From a virus (lineage: Duplodnaviria; Caudoviricetes), in IMG/VR virus record IMGVR_UViG_3300027804_000076, positions 1 to 59,171 of that record: a DNA stretch of 59,171 nt. The stretch is one strand, 5' to 3'. Numbering within the stretch: position 1 is the first letter of the stretch; every line of letters begins with the position of its first letter. Below are positions 36,006-45,874 of the stretch, piece by piece. The translations under genes and the position numbers were made by a program. Under the pieces are notes generated by a model. It was given only the letters and a program-made list of their open reading frames with translations, searched no databases and was not told the origin of the DNA.

Positions 36006-36308
36006 ATGAAGAAACTACCACTGCTACTTCTGCCCTTCCTTGCTGGCTGCGTGTCCATGACCGCACCAGAGATGCTGCCAGACAACACCACCGACAGCGT
36101 GATCATGATGAAACTGAAGCACGAGATTCTGAATGGTGACAAGATCAGTCAGAACTGGGGATGGGTGCTGTGGTATATGCCTGTGCTGATTCTGGTCTTG
36201 GCATGGGCTTGGAAGGAGTTCATCAACAAGCCCGTCCACATTGACGATGAGGAAGAGTGCGAGGAAAAGAAAACTCCTCCCACTGATCCACAGCAGCCTG
36301 CGCCTTAA
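36006..36308 (+). CDS. Lipoprotein with C-terminal TM helix (candidate unimolecular spanin)
   Basis: MKKLPLLLLPFLAG-C; WVLWYMPVLILVLAWAW. Confidence 0.6.
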   Translation: MKKLPLLLLPFLAGCVSMTAPEMLPDNTTDSVIMMKLKHEILNGDKISQNWGWVLWYMPVLILVLAWAWKEFINKPVHIDDEEECEEKKTPPTDPQQPAP

Positions 36309-36883
36309 TCGTCTGCAACGCGGACATCTTCAGGCAGGCTCTCGTACATCTTCTTGCAGATGTAGTACGAGTCAACAATATCTGAAACAGGACTCACGGA
36401 CTCTTGACGCTTCGGTGTCAGGAGTCCTTTTAAATCCACGCCTGTTTCCTTTAGCCACGCATGGTACATGGCGTTCTTGTCTGCGTTGCCCTTGCCTGTG
36501 GCGAACTTTTTCACTTCGGTGGGCGGAATCACCGTGACGGGAACGCTCAACTGATAAAGTTTGTATTTGAGAATACCCGTGTTCTCTGCAATGTGGAACA
36601 CCCGTCCGCTTGCAGAGTACGCATACCCTTCAAGCGCAACATGAGCGCAGCCCATCACAATGTCCATAGCCCAATCCGCAAGTGTCTCGTAGCGGTGCTG
36701 ATCGTTGTCCCAATCGCTCAACCGCTCACCAAATATGTTCATGGTGCGGATTTCGCTCTGCCGCTTGTTGTCTGTCAGGAAATAGAAGGAGCAGCCACCA
36801 TACGAGAATTTTCCCGTGGAGTTGGCGCGGAATAGGCAGATTGCTGGACCGCATAAAGAGTAATCAATTCCTGCTATCACCAT
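36305..36883 (-). CDS. RuvC-like Holliday junction resolvase
   Basis: GIDYS, LEGYAY, IAENTG, PTEVKKFATGKGNADK, DIVDS. Confidence 0.8.
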   Translation of the reverse strand: MVIAGIDYSLCGPAICLFRANSTGKFSYGGCSFYFLTDNKRQSEIRTMNIFGERLSDWDNDQHRYETLADWAMDIVMGCAHVALEGYAYSASGRVFHIAENTGILKYKLYQLSVPVTVIPPTEVKKFATGKGNADKNAMYHAWLKETGVDLKGLLTPKRQESVSPVSDIVDSYYICKKMYESLPEDVRVADD

Positions 36884-36895
36884 GCCAGTATTTAG

Positions 36896-36924
36896 GAAAG
36901 AAACAGCCCCCTTGCGGGGGCTGT
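36896..36924 (-). terminator. Terminator after nrdJ
   Basis: ACAGCCCCC-GCAA-GGGGGCTGT followed by T-tract. Confidence 0.75.
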
Positions 36925-36958
36925 CGGACGGGAGATGCTATCTTCCGTGGGGCTATTT

Positions 36959-38878
36959 TTATGTAGTCAGGTCAACCACTTCGCACTTGTCTCCAGAACA
37001 CGCAAAGGTCTGTGTGCCCTTGGTGGTGTCGGTTTTCTCGTACTGCGTCAACTCGTTCCAGTCAATGGATTGTGGCAGTTTGGCTACCGCTGCGGCGTAC
37101 TCCTCCGCAGTGCAGTCCTGATACGGAGCCTGCTGATAGGTGTGGTCGGAGTGTGGCAGGAACGAGATGCCGCTGACTTCATCAAAGTTCTTGTATACCC
37201 ACGCACCCACCTCCATCCACTCGTCTTCCCGTACCGTGACGGTGATGCTTGGCTTGTGTTCGCACCAGTGACGCTGATAGGTGAGCCACAACTCAAGGTG
37301 TTCAATCGCGGTCATGTCGTTGCGCGTCACCGATCCCACAGCCTTCTGCGGGAACGAGAACACCATTGTGTGATCAGGGCGCATGACACACGGCTCCGCA
37401 GGAATGCCCTTGTCAATCATGAATTGACACATGGGGTCTTTGCGGTCGGCACGAACGGTACGAATGTAGTACTCGTTGTGACGAGCGTGGATGCCTGAAG
37501 CAGCGTCTGTCAACTGCGACACCGTGCCGCTTGGCTTCACGCAAGTAATGGCTGCTGCGGGGTTGATGCCAATCTTTTTCGCCCACTCCTTGTTCGTAGC
37601 CACCGCGTCACCCTTCAGTGTTTCAAGCAGCACATTCAGGTTTGGTCCCTGTGCCCGCATGATGGCGTTGTCCAAGATGCCCGTGAGGGAGACACCAAGC
37701 AGTGCTTCTTCCTCGCAGTTTTTGCGCCAATCGCTGCTGAGATACGGGAAGTGGGTAAGCGAGGCTTGCCAAGTGCCGAGAATCGCAGCCAGACGCACCT
37801 TGCGCTTCAGGGACTCGGGAGTGTCGTCTGCACGGACAATGACTTCACTCAGGTTGCAGAACTCCTTGTCCCGCAGGATTATTTCACTGCATGGATTCGT
37901 GCCGAACTCATAGGAGGGATCACGGCGGTCGCCCAGTTTCTCCACGGTCTTCTGTGCGGCTTCGCGGTTGAACACGCCACGCTCACCGCTCTTGCTCTTG
38001 TACAGGGAAATCCACTCCTCCATGAATGTGCCGATCTCGGGCTTCTCCTTGTACGCAACGGAGTTGTTTGCTAACGCCCGTTGTGGGTTCTCCAACCACC
38101 ACTGACCCACCTTAGCATCACGCATCCGTTCGTCCGTGAGGTTGGAAAGCGAGATAAGAGCCGATCTACGGACACCGCCGACAACGACAATCTCTGCAAC
38201 CTTACAGATAATGTCGTGGCATTCAATGGAAGTGAGTTTTCGTCCCGCAGCCTTCTTAAAAGTACTGACGGTAAATCGGAAGAGGTCTTCCAGTGGTTGT
38301 GGTCCACTTGCGCGTCCACCGAAAGTCTTGAGGCGCGCACCAGCAGGACGAATGTGAGACAAGTCCCATCGGGGGATTTGACCTCCAATGAGTAGGGATA
38401 CCAGTTCTCGGAAGGCTTTTGCCCAACCTTCCTTGGAGTCCTTGACAACGATGAGCGTATCGCTGTTAGTGAACTCTTCAGCAATTGTAGGAAGTTTTTC
38501 CACATACTGCCTCTCCACGCTGAAGCCCACGCCTGTTCCGCACATGAGAACATACAGGATCTCATCAAATGCGCGAACCTTGTTGACCGCGACATAGGAG
38601 CAGTTGTAGCCTGCGGTGTTGTCCCGCTTGAGTGCTTCACCTGCCGTCATGAGTGAACGCATGGACGGCATGACTTCAAGATTCAGAACTGCGTCACGAA
38701 GTTCTTCGCGGACTGCCTTATTTAGTTTCACGCCCTTGTCTGCGAAATGCTCGTCAAAGAAGCGGAAGTAACGGTCAACCGTTTCCTCCCAAGTCTCGCG
38801 CCGCTTTTCGGAATCAAGCCAGCGCGAGTAACGAGACAAGTGGATAAACTCTTGGTAGAGAGTGGGCAGTCGCTTCAT
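36959..38878 (-). CDS. nrdJ: Class II (adenosylcobalamin-dependent) ribonucleotide reductase
   Basis: YNCS, VVGGVRRSALI, TNPCSE, CNL, KPSGT, C-terminal ACSGDKC. Confidence 0.95.
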   Translation of the reverse strand: MKRLPTLYQEFIHLSRYSRWLDSEKRRETWEETVDRYFRFFDEHFADKGVKLNKAVREELRDAVLNLEVMPSMRSLMTAGEALKRDNTAGYNCSYVAVNKVRAFDEILYVLMCGTGVGFSVERQYVEKLPTIAEEFTNSDTLIVVKDSKEGWAKAFRELVSLLIGGQIPRWDLSHIRPAGARLKTFGGRASGPQPLEDLFRFTVSTFKKAAGRKLTSIECHDIICKVAEIVVVGGVRRSALISLSNLTDERMRDAKVGQWWLENPQRALANNSVAYKEKPEIGTFMEEWISLYKSKSGERGVFNREAAQKTVEKLGDRRDPSYEFGTNPCSEIILRDKEFCNLSEVIVRADDTPESLKRKVRLAAILGTWQASLTHFPYLSSDWRKNCEEEALLGVSLTGILDNAIMRAQGPNLNVLLETLKGDAVATNKEWAKKIGINPAAAITCVKPSGTVSQLTDAASGIHARHNEYYIRTVRADRKDPMCQFMIDKGIPAEPCVMRPDHTMVFSFPQKAVGSVTRNDMTAIEHLELWLTYQRHWCEHKPSITVTVREDEWMEVGAWVYKNFDEVSGISFLPHSDHTYQQAPYQDCTAEEYAAAVAKLPQSIDWNELTQYEKTDTTKGTQTFACSGDKCEVVDLTT

Positions 38879-38922
38879 ATGTAACTCCTTTTTGTTGGGT
38901 AGAGTATGTAGAGCAGAGCATA

Positions 38923-38950
38923 ACACAAAGGGGGGCTTTCGCCCCTCTAA
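38923..38950 (-). terminator. Terminator of the tail-gene operon
   Basis: GAGGGGC-GAAA-GCCCCCC followed by TTTGTGTT. Confidence 0.65.
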
Positions 38951-38972
38951 AGTATACAGAACAGTATTTGGT

Positions 38973-39227
38973 TTACTCCTCGGGAGACTCCCAATCCGTA
39001 CCCGCAACAACGGCTAAAATCTCGCTTGCGGTGTACGGTCCTTCGTGTCCACCAATTGCAGAAATTGAGGACGGCACGGTGTCTCCAACCCACTTCACGA
39101 TGCACTGCGTTCCGTCAAGCGAAAACCGAACGCCAGCGCGTGTGCATAGAGTCTGCTCGTAGTCCACCGAGTCCACCTCTGTGGACGGAATCACGGCATA
39201 GAAAATTGGAGTGTTATGAATGACCAT
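38973..39227 (-). CDS. Conserved small tail-associated protein
   Basis: R.SLDGT..IVKW.G..P......Y...EIL......W. Confidence 0.7.
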   Translation of the reverse strand: MVIHNTPIFYAVIPSTEVDSVDYEQTLCTRAGVRFSLDGTQCIVKWVGDTVPSSISAIGGHEGPYTASEILAVVAGTDWESPEE

Positions 39228-39993
39228 AGCGTTTCTTGGAGCGGTCGTAATTCAGATTCATTTCACTTTCTGACAGCGCACGATTGTATACCTTTACAGC
39301 ACCAATTAGTCCATCCCAGTATTGAGTAGCAGCCGTAGATCGCCTTCCAATCGCAATAGCACTGTTACTAGTGAGTCCGTGGTTTGGGTTTCCTATGTTA
39401 TTATTGAAACTAGATGCAGAGACACCTGATGGTTTGAATATTTTTGCATCAGTTTGCATTGGAGATGCTAGTGGTACTCCATCTCGTACCACAACAAACA
39501 AATTCACCCAATCCGTTCCAGCAGTCAACCCATAGTAGGAGACAATTGATGTCACTGACCCATTGTTAACATTTATTCTAGGGGACCAATTTCCTGCACC
39601 ATCACTGACCGATATCAACCCAAATCCTCTGTTTGCCGCACCCGTTGATGCAGAGTTATTTGATACGATAGTTCTGGTACTAAAAGGAGAATCTGCTTTT
39701 ACCCACGCATCAATGGTAATTGCTGTAACCGTAGAAAACGCAGATAGAGTACTGCCTGCAATCAAGTAGTCCGTGGAACCGTCCAAGTCAATGTAGCCTG
39801 GCTCCGCAGTTGAGCCTGACACCACAGACACATATCCGCCTGGCGTGGAGTACTTCACGGAGCGATCCGACAGGTCGTTGGCGGTGTTACCTGCCCACCC
39901 GTAGTCGTTGCTGAAGTCTACGAATGCAATAACATCGTTTGTTATTCGCGCTGAACTGCCAATTGTTCCACTCTTTCCGCTTGGAATAATCAT
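39214..39993 (-). CDS. LamG/concanavalin A-like lectin domain protein
   Basis: DGSTDY, TIDAWVK, G.IGAVKVYNRALSESE...NY. Confidence 0.85.
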   Translation of the reverse strand: MIIPSGKSGTIGSSARITNDVIAFVDFSNDYGWAGNTANDLSDRSVKYSTPGGYVSVVSGSTAEPGYIDLDGSTDYLIAGSTLSAFSTVTAITIDAWVKADSPFSTRTIVSNNSASTGAANRGFGLISVSDGAGNWSPRINVNNGSVTSIVSYYGLTAGTDWVNLFVVVRDGVPLASPMQTDAKIFKPSGVSASSFNNNIGNPNHGLTSNSAIAIGRRSTAATQYWDGLIGAVKVYNRALSESEMNLNYDRSKKRYGHS

Positions 39994-42587
39994 ACAACAA
40001 GGTTTCCTGACAGGTTCACGATGTTTGCCGAGTACTCAATGATACTCGCTGCTGCGTGTTGTCCAATGAGTCGGTACTGCGATCCGTAACTTTGCAGGGT
40101 GAGTCCGCTTGCTGCGGTGAATCCAACCTGCCCTGCTCCCAACTGAATGGCGGTGCAGTTGAAGCCCACGGGCAGTGCGGTGGGAATGGTCACGGTGACT
40201 GCGGAGCCGTTGTTGAAGGTCACTACCTTGCCGTTGTCGCTCTCAAGGAAAGTGTATGTGGTTCCTGTCTGTGCGTTAATAGCATTTGAGGTGATGCGGT
40301 AGCCTGTGTCGGACGCAACCGTGCCACTGAATGTGACACCACCAGAAGCACTAATCCCCGCATTAAAAGATCCAAGACCGCTGAATGTCGCGGTAGACCC
40401 TTGGAACGATCCTGCAAGAGTCATTCCACCCGCTGCGGAGATGCCTGCGGAGAATGTGACACGGCGACTGAAACTGGCAGTTGCGCCCACTAGCGGGGCG
40501 GTGAAATTTATGTTTCCTGAAACTGATGAAAAAGTAAAACCATTGGCGGAACTGTGTTCATAACTGTTGGAGTTTACCGTATATGGACTTGCAAGTACAT
40601 CTATCGTACCATCGGAGTTGTCTACGCGGATGTATGCACCCGAGTTCACGCCCTCATAGTCTCCAATGTTTACTGGTCCATACGGAGAAAAAATGTTTAT
40701 GGTAGAAGTACCGTCCCTGAACTGCATATGGGTGCTATTGCCTAAAGCCTGATAATCTCCAATGTACACCCGCGTGCTGTTTTCACCAAGAACCAAACTG
40801 GATCCGATTGCTTCTATGTTTCCAAGTCCAGAAAAATTCAGAGCAGAATTGGCTGCCAGAGTCACACCACCCGCTGCGGATATACCTGCAAGGAATCGTG
40901 CTTGACCAGTAAATGTTCCGCCCGCAGCGGAGATTCCTGCGTTGAAGGAATTCAGTGCAGTAAAGGTGTTTGCTCCACCGACAGTGACACCCGTGACCGC
41001 ACCAGTGAGTCCGTTGAACGATGTCACAGCCGTTGTAGCGGCAGTAGAACCGTTCACCGCGCCCATCAATTGCGATGTGAGTGCGAGTGTGCCGTTCGCA
41101 GAAGGAAGGTTTATCGTTGCGGTGTTTCCACCATTGGTTTGCAATGTTATCGTGCCGTAAACGAGTTCATCGTCATCATAGTAATTGAATTTAATGCCAG
41201 TGTTGTATGATGATAACAACCCAGATTCCCATCCACGATCAACAAGGACATATCCAGTGGATGAATTCAGTTGCAGATCAACTTGGTTTCCAGACAACAA
41301 GACTGAGTTTGATGATAATGCGGCACCTGTTGTAATTCCCTTGAGGACAAAGGCGGTTCCTCTGTGTACGATGCTGCGGTTTCCGTACAGATTGATGTCG
41401 CCGTTGCAAGTGATTCCTGCTGCGGACAATCCTGCGGAGTGTGTAGTCAGGCGGCTGAATGTGGCGGTTGCTCCAATCATCGTGCCAGTGAATGTTGCTC
41501 CAGCGGCACAAACACCAGCAGACACATTCAGTGTTCCCGTGACCGTAGCCAAGCCACCGCTTGGCAACACAGTATAGTTACCAGCACTGCTTACATCCAT
41601 CTTCACAGAATTAGACGCAGCCCCGTTGTAATCATTATAGATTAACTGCAAGCCCTTGCCAGTTGGGCTGTTAATCTCTGCCGCGTACTGTAAAAGCACT
41701 GCTCCACTATCCCGATTTACACCGAAAAATCCAGAAGTGACTCCCGATCCAATAACTGCATCACTCCAAGTCAGGGTTCTTGTGGAAGGATCAATATTCA
41801 AACTCAGCGCACTGTTTACCGCGCCAAGATCACCTATTAGCGACGCCGCCGCGCTCTGAAAGTAATTTCCGCCTTCGGCAATAAAGTTGAAATATGCGCT
41901 AGACGGGTTTACTGTGTTGGTTGCTGTGATCTCTGTTGGAGTAATATACAGATAGTCGTTTCCGCTGACTAGGGTGATGCCCTTCAGACCAAGATTTCCA
42001 GCAAACGGCTGATACACCAGTGGGGTGGTGGTGTTGTCCATGAACACAGCCGTGACACCCGCACCACGAGCCATGAGCAGGTACATATTTCCTGTTGCAT
42101 TGCTGGACGAGATGTTGATGTGACCACTCATTCCAGCAGTATGTGTAGTGAGGCGGCTGAATGTGGCGGTTGCCCCATTCAGTGTATCGTTAAAGGTAAT
42201 TCCACCCGCAGCGGAAATTCCAGAAGTAAATGTCTGCACAGCCGTGAAGGTGTTGGCTTGAGCAGCACACACGCCACCAACCGCACCCGTGAGTCCATTA
42301 AAGGACGACACATACTGCGTTATGGTGGGAGCACCCGTGTTTCCGTAGCACAGCCCACCAATGTAGTTCTTTACCGCAGCAGCAGACGGAATCTTGTAGG
42401 TGATGCCTGCCGCGATGTCCGCACTCAATCCGCTGATGGGCGCACCCACCCACGCCGCAGTGATACCGTGACCCAAACCGATGTGGAATGTCTTCAGCGT
42501 GGTGTTGAACGCTGGCTCGGCAAGCGTCAGCCCCGAACCTGATGTGGGGTCGTTTTCGCCTCTGCGGAATATGATTGTTGTTCCCAT
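39990..42587 (-). CDS. Tail fibre protein
   Basis: VSSFNGLTGAV repeats; C-terminal NAQTGTTYT..DNGKVV..GFNC..IQLGAGQV domain. Confidence 0.85.
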   Translation of the reverse strand: MGTTIIFRRGENDPTSGSGLTLAEPAFNTTLKTFHIGLGHGITAAWVGAPISGLSADIAAGITYKIPSAAAVKNYIGGLCYGNTGAPTITQYVSSFNGLTGAVGGVCAAQANTFTAVQTFTSGISAAGGITFNDTLNGATATFSRLTTHTAGMSGHINISSSNATGNMYLLMARGAGVTAVFMDNTTTPLVYQPFAGNLGLKGITLVSGNDYLYITPTEITATNTVNPSSAYFNFIAEGGNYFQSAAASLIGDLGAVNSALSLNIDPSTRTLTWSDAVIGSGVTSGFFGVNRDSGAVLLQYAAEINSPTGKGLQLIYNDYNGAASNSVKMDVSSAGNYTVLPSGGLATVTGTLNVSAGVCAAGATFTGTMIGATATFSRLTTHSAGLSAAGITCNGDINLYGNRSIVHRGTAFVLKGITTGAALSSNSVLLSGNQVDLQLNSSTGYVLVDRGWESGLLSSYNTGIKFNYYDDDELVYGTITLQTNGGNTATINLPSANGTLALTSQLMGAVNGSTAATTAVTSFNGLTGAVTGVTVGGANTFTALNSFNAGISAAGGTFTGQARFLAGISAAGGVTLAANSALNFSGLGNIEAIGSSLVLGENSTRVYIGDYQALGNSTHMQFRDGTSTINIFSPYGPVNIGDYEGVNSGAYIRVDNSDGTIDVLASPYTVNSNSYEHSSANGFTFSSVSGNINFTAPLVGATASFSRRVTFSAGISAAGGMTLAGSFQGSTATFSGLGSFNAGISASGGVTFSGTVASDTGYRITSNAINAQTGTTYTFLESDNGKVVTFNNGSAVTVTIPTALPVGFNCTAIQLGAGQVGFTAASGLTLQSYGSQYRLIGQHAAASIIEYSANIVNLSGNLVV

Positions 42588-42615
42588 AGTTCAGTCTCTT
42601 TTGTGCGTACAGTAT

Positions 42616-43209
42616 TTAGGCGAAGGTTCCACCGTCAACTGTGGTTAGGCTTTGGGATATTAGTTCAATTTGGCTTGCGAAATCGACTTCAACATCTCCA
42701 CCTCCACCCGTCATTACGAATCCAAATCCAGTGCTTGCTGATTCTGCGTCACGGCTCACTATGGGTATGTACTGTGGCACAAACTGGGCAAACAGGTTTG
42801 CTATGTTGTGGATGTACATCTCGTTTGCAGGCGATCCTGTTCCACTCTTGCGCTGCAACAGCATGATGTCCACACCCGCAGCGGTTGGACCACCTGGACC
42901 GTATGTGGGGAAGGTCTGTCCACCGAACTGATAGTCCACCGCAAACGATATTCCGTTGCCACTGGTGGACAGAGTAATTCCCTGTCCTGCGCGGAATGTA
43001 ACAGCACCCGTCAATCCGTTTGCGGACGAGACACCCTGCACGGCACCCGTGACTCCGTTGTAAGTCTTTACACCTGTGAGATATGTTGTGCCTGCGGTTC
43101 CACCAACATACAGATCACGATCAGCAAGGTTTACAGCCAACTCTCCAACCGTCAATCCAGACGGCGCAGAGGCAGGTGTGGTGCTGTGTTTGGTGATGAT
43201 TTTTGCCAT
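42616..43209 (-). CDS. Short tail fibre-type protein
   Basis: GELAVNLAD..LYVG N-domain; C-terminal DGGTF. Confidence 0.75.
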   Translation of the reverse strand: MAKIITKHSTTPASAPSGLTVGELAVNLADRDLYVGGTAGTTYLTGVKTYNGVTGAVQGVSSANGLTGAVTFRAGQGITLSTSGNGISFAVDYQFGGQTFPTYGPGGPTAAGVDIMLLQRKSGTGSPANEMYIHNIANLFAQFVPQYIPIVSRDAESASTGFGFVMTGGGGDVEVDFASQIELISQSLTTVDGGTFA

Positions 43210-43215
43210 GTGCTA

Positions 43216-43425
43216 TCAGAAAGTGTTTCCGTCCAAAGACTCGTCCTTTTTCTTCCCACGCTTTTGTTCTGTTTTTGTGGACTCCACTTGCTGTAGCAAA
43301 CGAGCGTTCTTCTCCTTTTCAATCAGGAGATTTGCTTCAAGAACCAGATTTTGATTTGTCAATTCCTGAAATTTCTTCTGCAACAGTGGTATGACAACGG
43401 TTTCATTGTAATTAGGTTCACTCAT
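43216..43425 (-). CDS. Small coiled-coil protein
   Basis: GGAGGA SD; late promoter; ends DGNTF. Confidence 0.75.
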   Translation of the reverse strand: MSEPNYNETVVIPLLQKKFQELTNQNLVLEANLLIEKEKNARLLQQVESTKTEQKRGKKKDESLDGNTF

Positions 43426-43441
43426 GTTTCCTCCACTCTAT

Positions 43442-45868
43442 TTAGAAGACACCGCCATCGACAGTTGCTTCAAGTTTCGTACACGACAAGGTGTTTGTGC
43501 TTGCATCGTAGGTGACACCCGATGACTTGTCAATGAACAGGCTCATTGCTGCTCCCGCATCAGTCGTAAATGTGAGGTACATCGTCCCCGCAGTGGTGTG
43601 TCGGTCTGTGATCTTCACGCTGTCTGCGGTCAGACCTGTCAGGGTAGTCAGGTTCACCCATGTGGGTGCGCCAGACGCATTGGCTTGCAGAATCTGCCCG
43701 TTTGAGCCTGCGGAGGTGATGGATAGTCCTGTGCCGTCCTTGAACACCACGCCGCCCGATGCACCAACGCTCACAAGATTCTTGTTTGATCCGCCGTAGG
43801 CAAGACCAATGATGTTTGCTGCCCATGTGCCGCCGCTGATGCTGCCAGCGGAAGCACTCAGCCCGTGGATCATGCCAGAGGCAAGAACGGTGGTGTTGTC
43901 TATCTTGTAGCCGTTACTACCAAGAACTCTATAATTGACACTGCTCGTCCAAGCATCACTGGTTAAATCCCATGTGAGTGTTCTGTCTGTTGCTGAATTC
44001 AGAATCAGTCCACCGCCATCTGCAAGAGCATCACTGTCAAGAGTTCTTCCAAGAGTTATATACTTGTCGTCAATAGACAGGTTTGTTTGGTTTACTGTTG
44101 TAATGGTTCCCGTAACATAAAAGTTGCCGTTTACATTTAGAGTTGCACCAATGGTGGCATCGCCGTTTGTTTTGAATACGGTGCCAGCAGAGCCAACAAC
44201 CACATCACCGCTTGATGTCAAGCCAACTGCAAATCGTGCCGCACCCGCAAAATCGGCTGAAGAAGAGAATGTTGCTCCACCAGCAAATCTAGAAGTGCTT
44301 GTCACATCAAGCGTAGACGCTGTAAGACCAGCACTTGCCCTGACTACTCCTGTGGCATCCAATGTAGTTGTGGTGATTCCTGCGGCAAATCGCGCTGCTC
44401 CGCTGAATGTTGAACCACCAGCAAATCTAGCAACTCCACTCACATCAAGGGCAGATGCGGTAGAACCACCGTTGAATCGGGCAGCACCACTCACATCAAG
44501 CGTGGACTCCAATGTGGTTCCACCCACTACATCAAGAACACCACCAACATCAACGCGACCAGCAAGAGTTGATCCACCAACTACTTGTAGGGTTCCTCCA
44601 AAGGTAGAACCCGTTGATGCGTACAGGTATGAGGTGGTGATACCGTTAGTGAATCTAGAAAGTGCAGAGAATGTCACACCACTGGCGAATCGTGCAACTC
44701 CTGCAACATCAAGAGTTGACTCTAGCGTGGTTCCACCAACAACATCAAGCACTCCTCCAATGTCAACACGACCAGCAAGTGTTGCACCACCACTTACCTG
44801 AATAGTAGACCCAAATGTAGAACCAGTGGATGCGTACAGATATGAAGCGGTAATACCGTTCGTGAATGTAGAAAGTGCAGAGAATGTCACACCACTAGCG
44901 AATCGTGCAACTCCTGCAACATCAAGAGTGGATTCCAAAGTTGTTCCACTCACAACATCAAGAACCCCACCCACATCAACTCGACCAGAGAGTGTTACTC
45001 CTTGTGCAAATCTAGAAGTGCCCGTAACATCAAATGTGGATGCTGTCAGTCCGCCATTCGCTCGGATTGCCTGTGAAGCGTCAAGTGTGGTGGTTGTGAT
45101 TCCTGCGGCAAATCTAGCCACGCCTCCAACATCAAGAGTGGACTCTAGCGTGGTTCCGCCAACAACATCAAGCACTCCTCCGATATCAACACGAGCAGCA
45201 AGTGTTGTTCCACCGTTTACGCGAAGTGTTCCTGCAAAAGTGGAACCCGTTGAAGCGTAGATGAAGGCGGTTGTTATTCCGCTGTTGAATGTGTTTAGTT
45301 GTGTGAAGGTGTTTACTCCACCAACGGTTACACCGTTTACAGCACCAGTTAGTCCATTGAAACTACTTACATAGTCCACAAAGGAAACTGCACCAGTTTG
45401 CCCGTTCCACGAAGACACGCCTTGAATCGCGCCAGTGTTTCCATTGAATGACTGTACACCCGTGTTCGTGATTGTTACTGCACCTGTGGCAGCGTTTACG
45501 AAAATTCCCGTGCCTGCTACTGCCGCCGAGACACCCTGAACTGCACCAGTGAGTCCATTGAATGAAGTCACATAGTCAGTGATGTTTGTTCCTGCGGAGA
45601 ACTCCACAAGTCCGCTGTCTGCGGTGCTGCCACGATACCAATACTTGTACGCAAGCGTCTGCCCTGCGTTGTCTGGATCAGGAGCAAGAATGCGAACTTC
45701 AAGGGACAAGAACCGCAGTGAAGCGGGGATTGTGCTGTTAGCGGAAGCAACCGCAGCGGTGGTGGAACCAGCGGCATACGGACCAGACCAAGAGTCAACG
45801 GGAATGGGGTTTACTGGCTCTAAGCCAGAGGGAACCTTTACGCCAGGAGTGTATTGGTGTAGTGGCAT
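43442..45868 (-). CDS. Tail fibre protein with tandem beta-repeats
   Basis: GGVLDVVGGTTLESTLDV.GVARF repeated 4 times; VSSFNGLTGAV; ends DGGVF. Confidence 0.85.
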   Translation of the reverse strand: MPLHQYTPGVKVPSGLEPVNPIPVDSWSGPYAAGSTTAAVASANSTIPASLRFLSLEVRILAPDPDNAGQTLAYKYWYRGSTADSGLVEFSAGTNITDYVTSFNGLTGAVQGVSAAVAGTGIFVNAATGAVTITNTGVQSFNGNTGAIQGVSSWNGQTGAVSFVDYVSSFNGLTGAVNGVTVGGVNTFTQLNTFNSGITTAFIYASTGSTFAGTLRVNGGTTLAARVDIGGVLDVVGGTTLESTLDVGGVARFAAGITTTTLDASQAIRANGGLTASTFDVTGTSRFAQGVTLSGRVDVGGVLDVVSGTTLESTLDVAGVARFASGVTFSALSTFTNGITASYLYASTGSTFGSTIQVSGGATLAGRVDIGGVLDVVGGTTLESTLDVAGVARFASGVTFSALSRFTNGITTSYLYASTGSTFGGTLQVVGGSTLAGRVDVGGVLDVVGGTTLESTLDVSGAARFNGGSTASALDVSGVARFAGGSTFSGAARFAAGITTTTLDATGVVRASAGLTASTLDVTSTSRFAGGATFSSSADFAGAARFAVGLTSSGDVVVGSAGTVFKTNGDATIGATLNVNGNFYVTGTITTVNQTNLSIDDKYITLGRTLDSDALADGGGLILNSATDRTLTWDLTSDAWTSSVNYRVLGSNGYKIDNTTVLASGMIHGLSASAGSISGGTWAANIIGLAYGGSNKNLVSVGASGGVVFKDGTGLSITSAGSNGQILQANASGAPTWVNLTTLTGLTADSVKITDRHTTAGTMYLTFTTDAGAAMSLFIDKSSGVTYDASTNTLSCTKLEATVDGGVF
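44250..45300. repeat. Degenerate coding tandem repeats in the tail fibre
   Basis: Near-identical blocks such as agaaagtgcagagaatgtcacaccact and aacaacatcaagcactcctcc. Confidence 0.8.
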
Positions 45869-45874
45869 AGGGTA

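Noticed and set aside
43442-45868. Diversity-generating retroelement template/variable repeats
   Set aside because: Repeats are in-frame structural repeats with mostly synonymous differences; no reverse transcriptase seen
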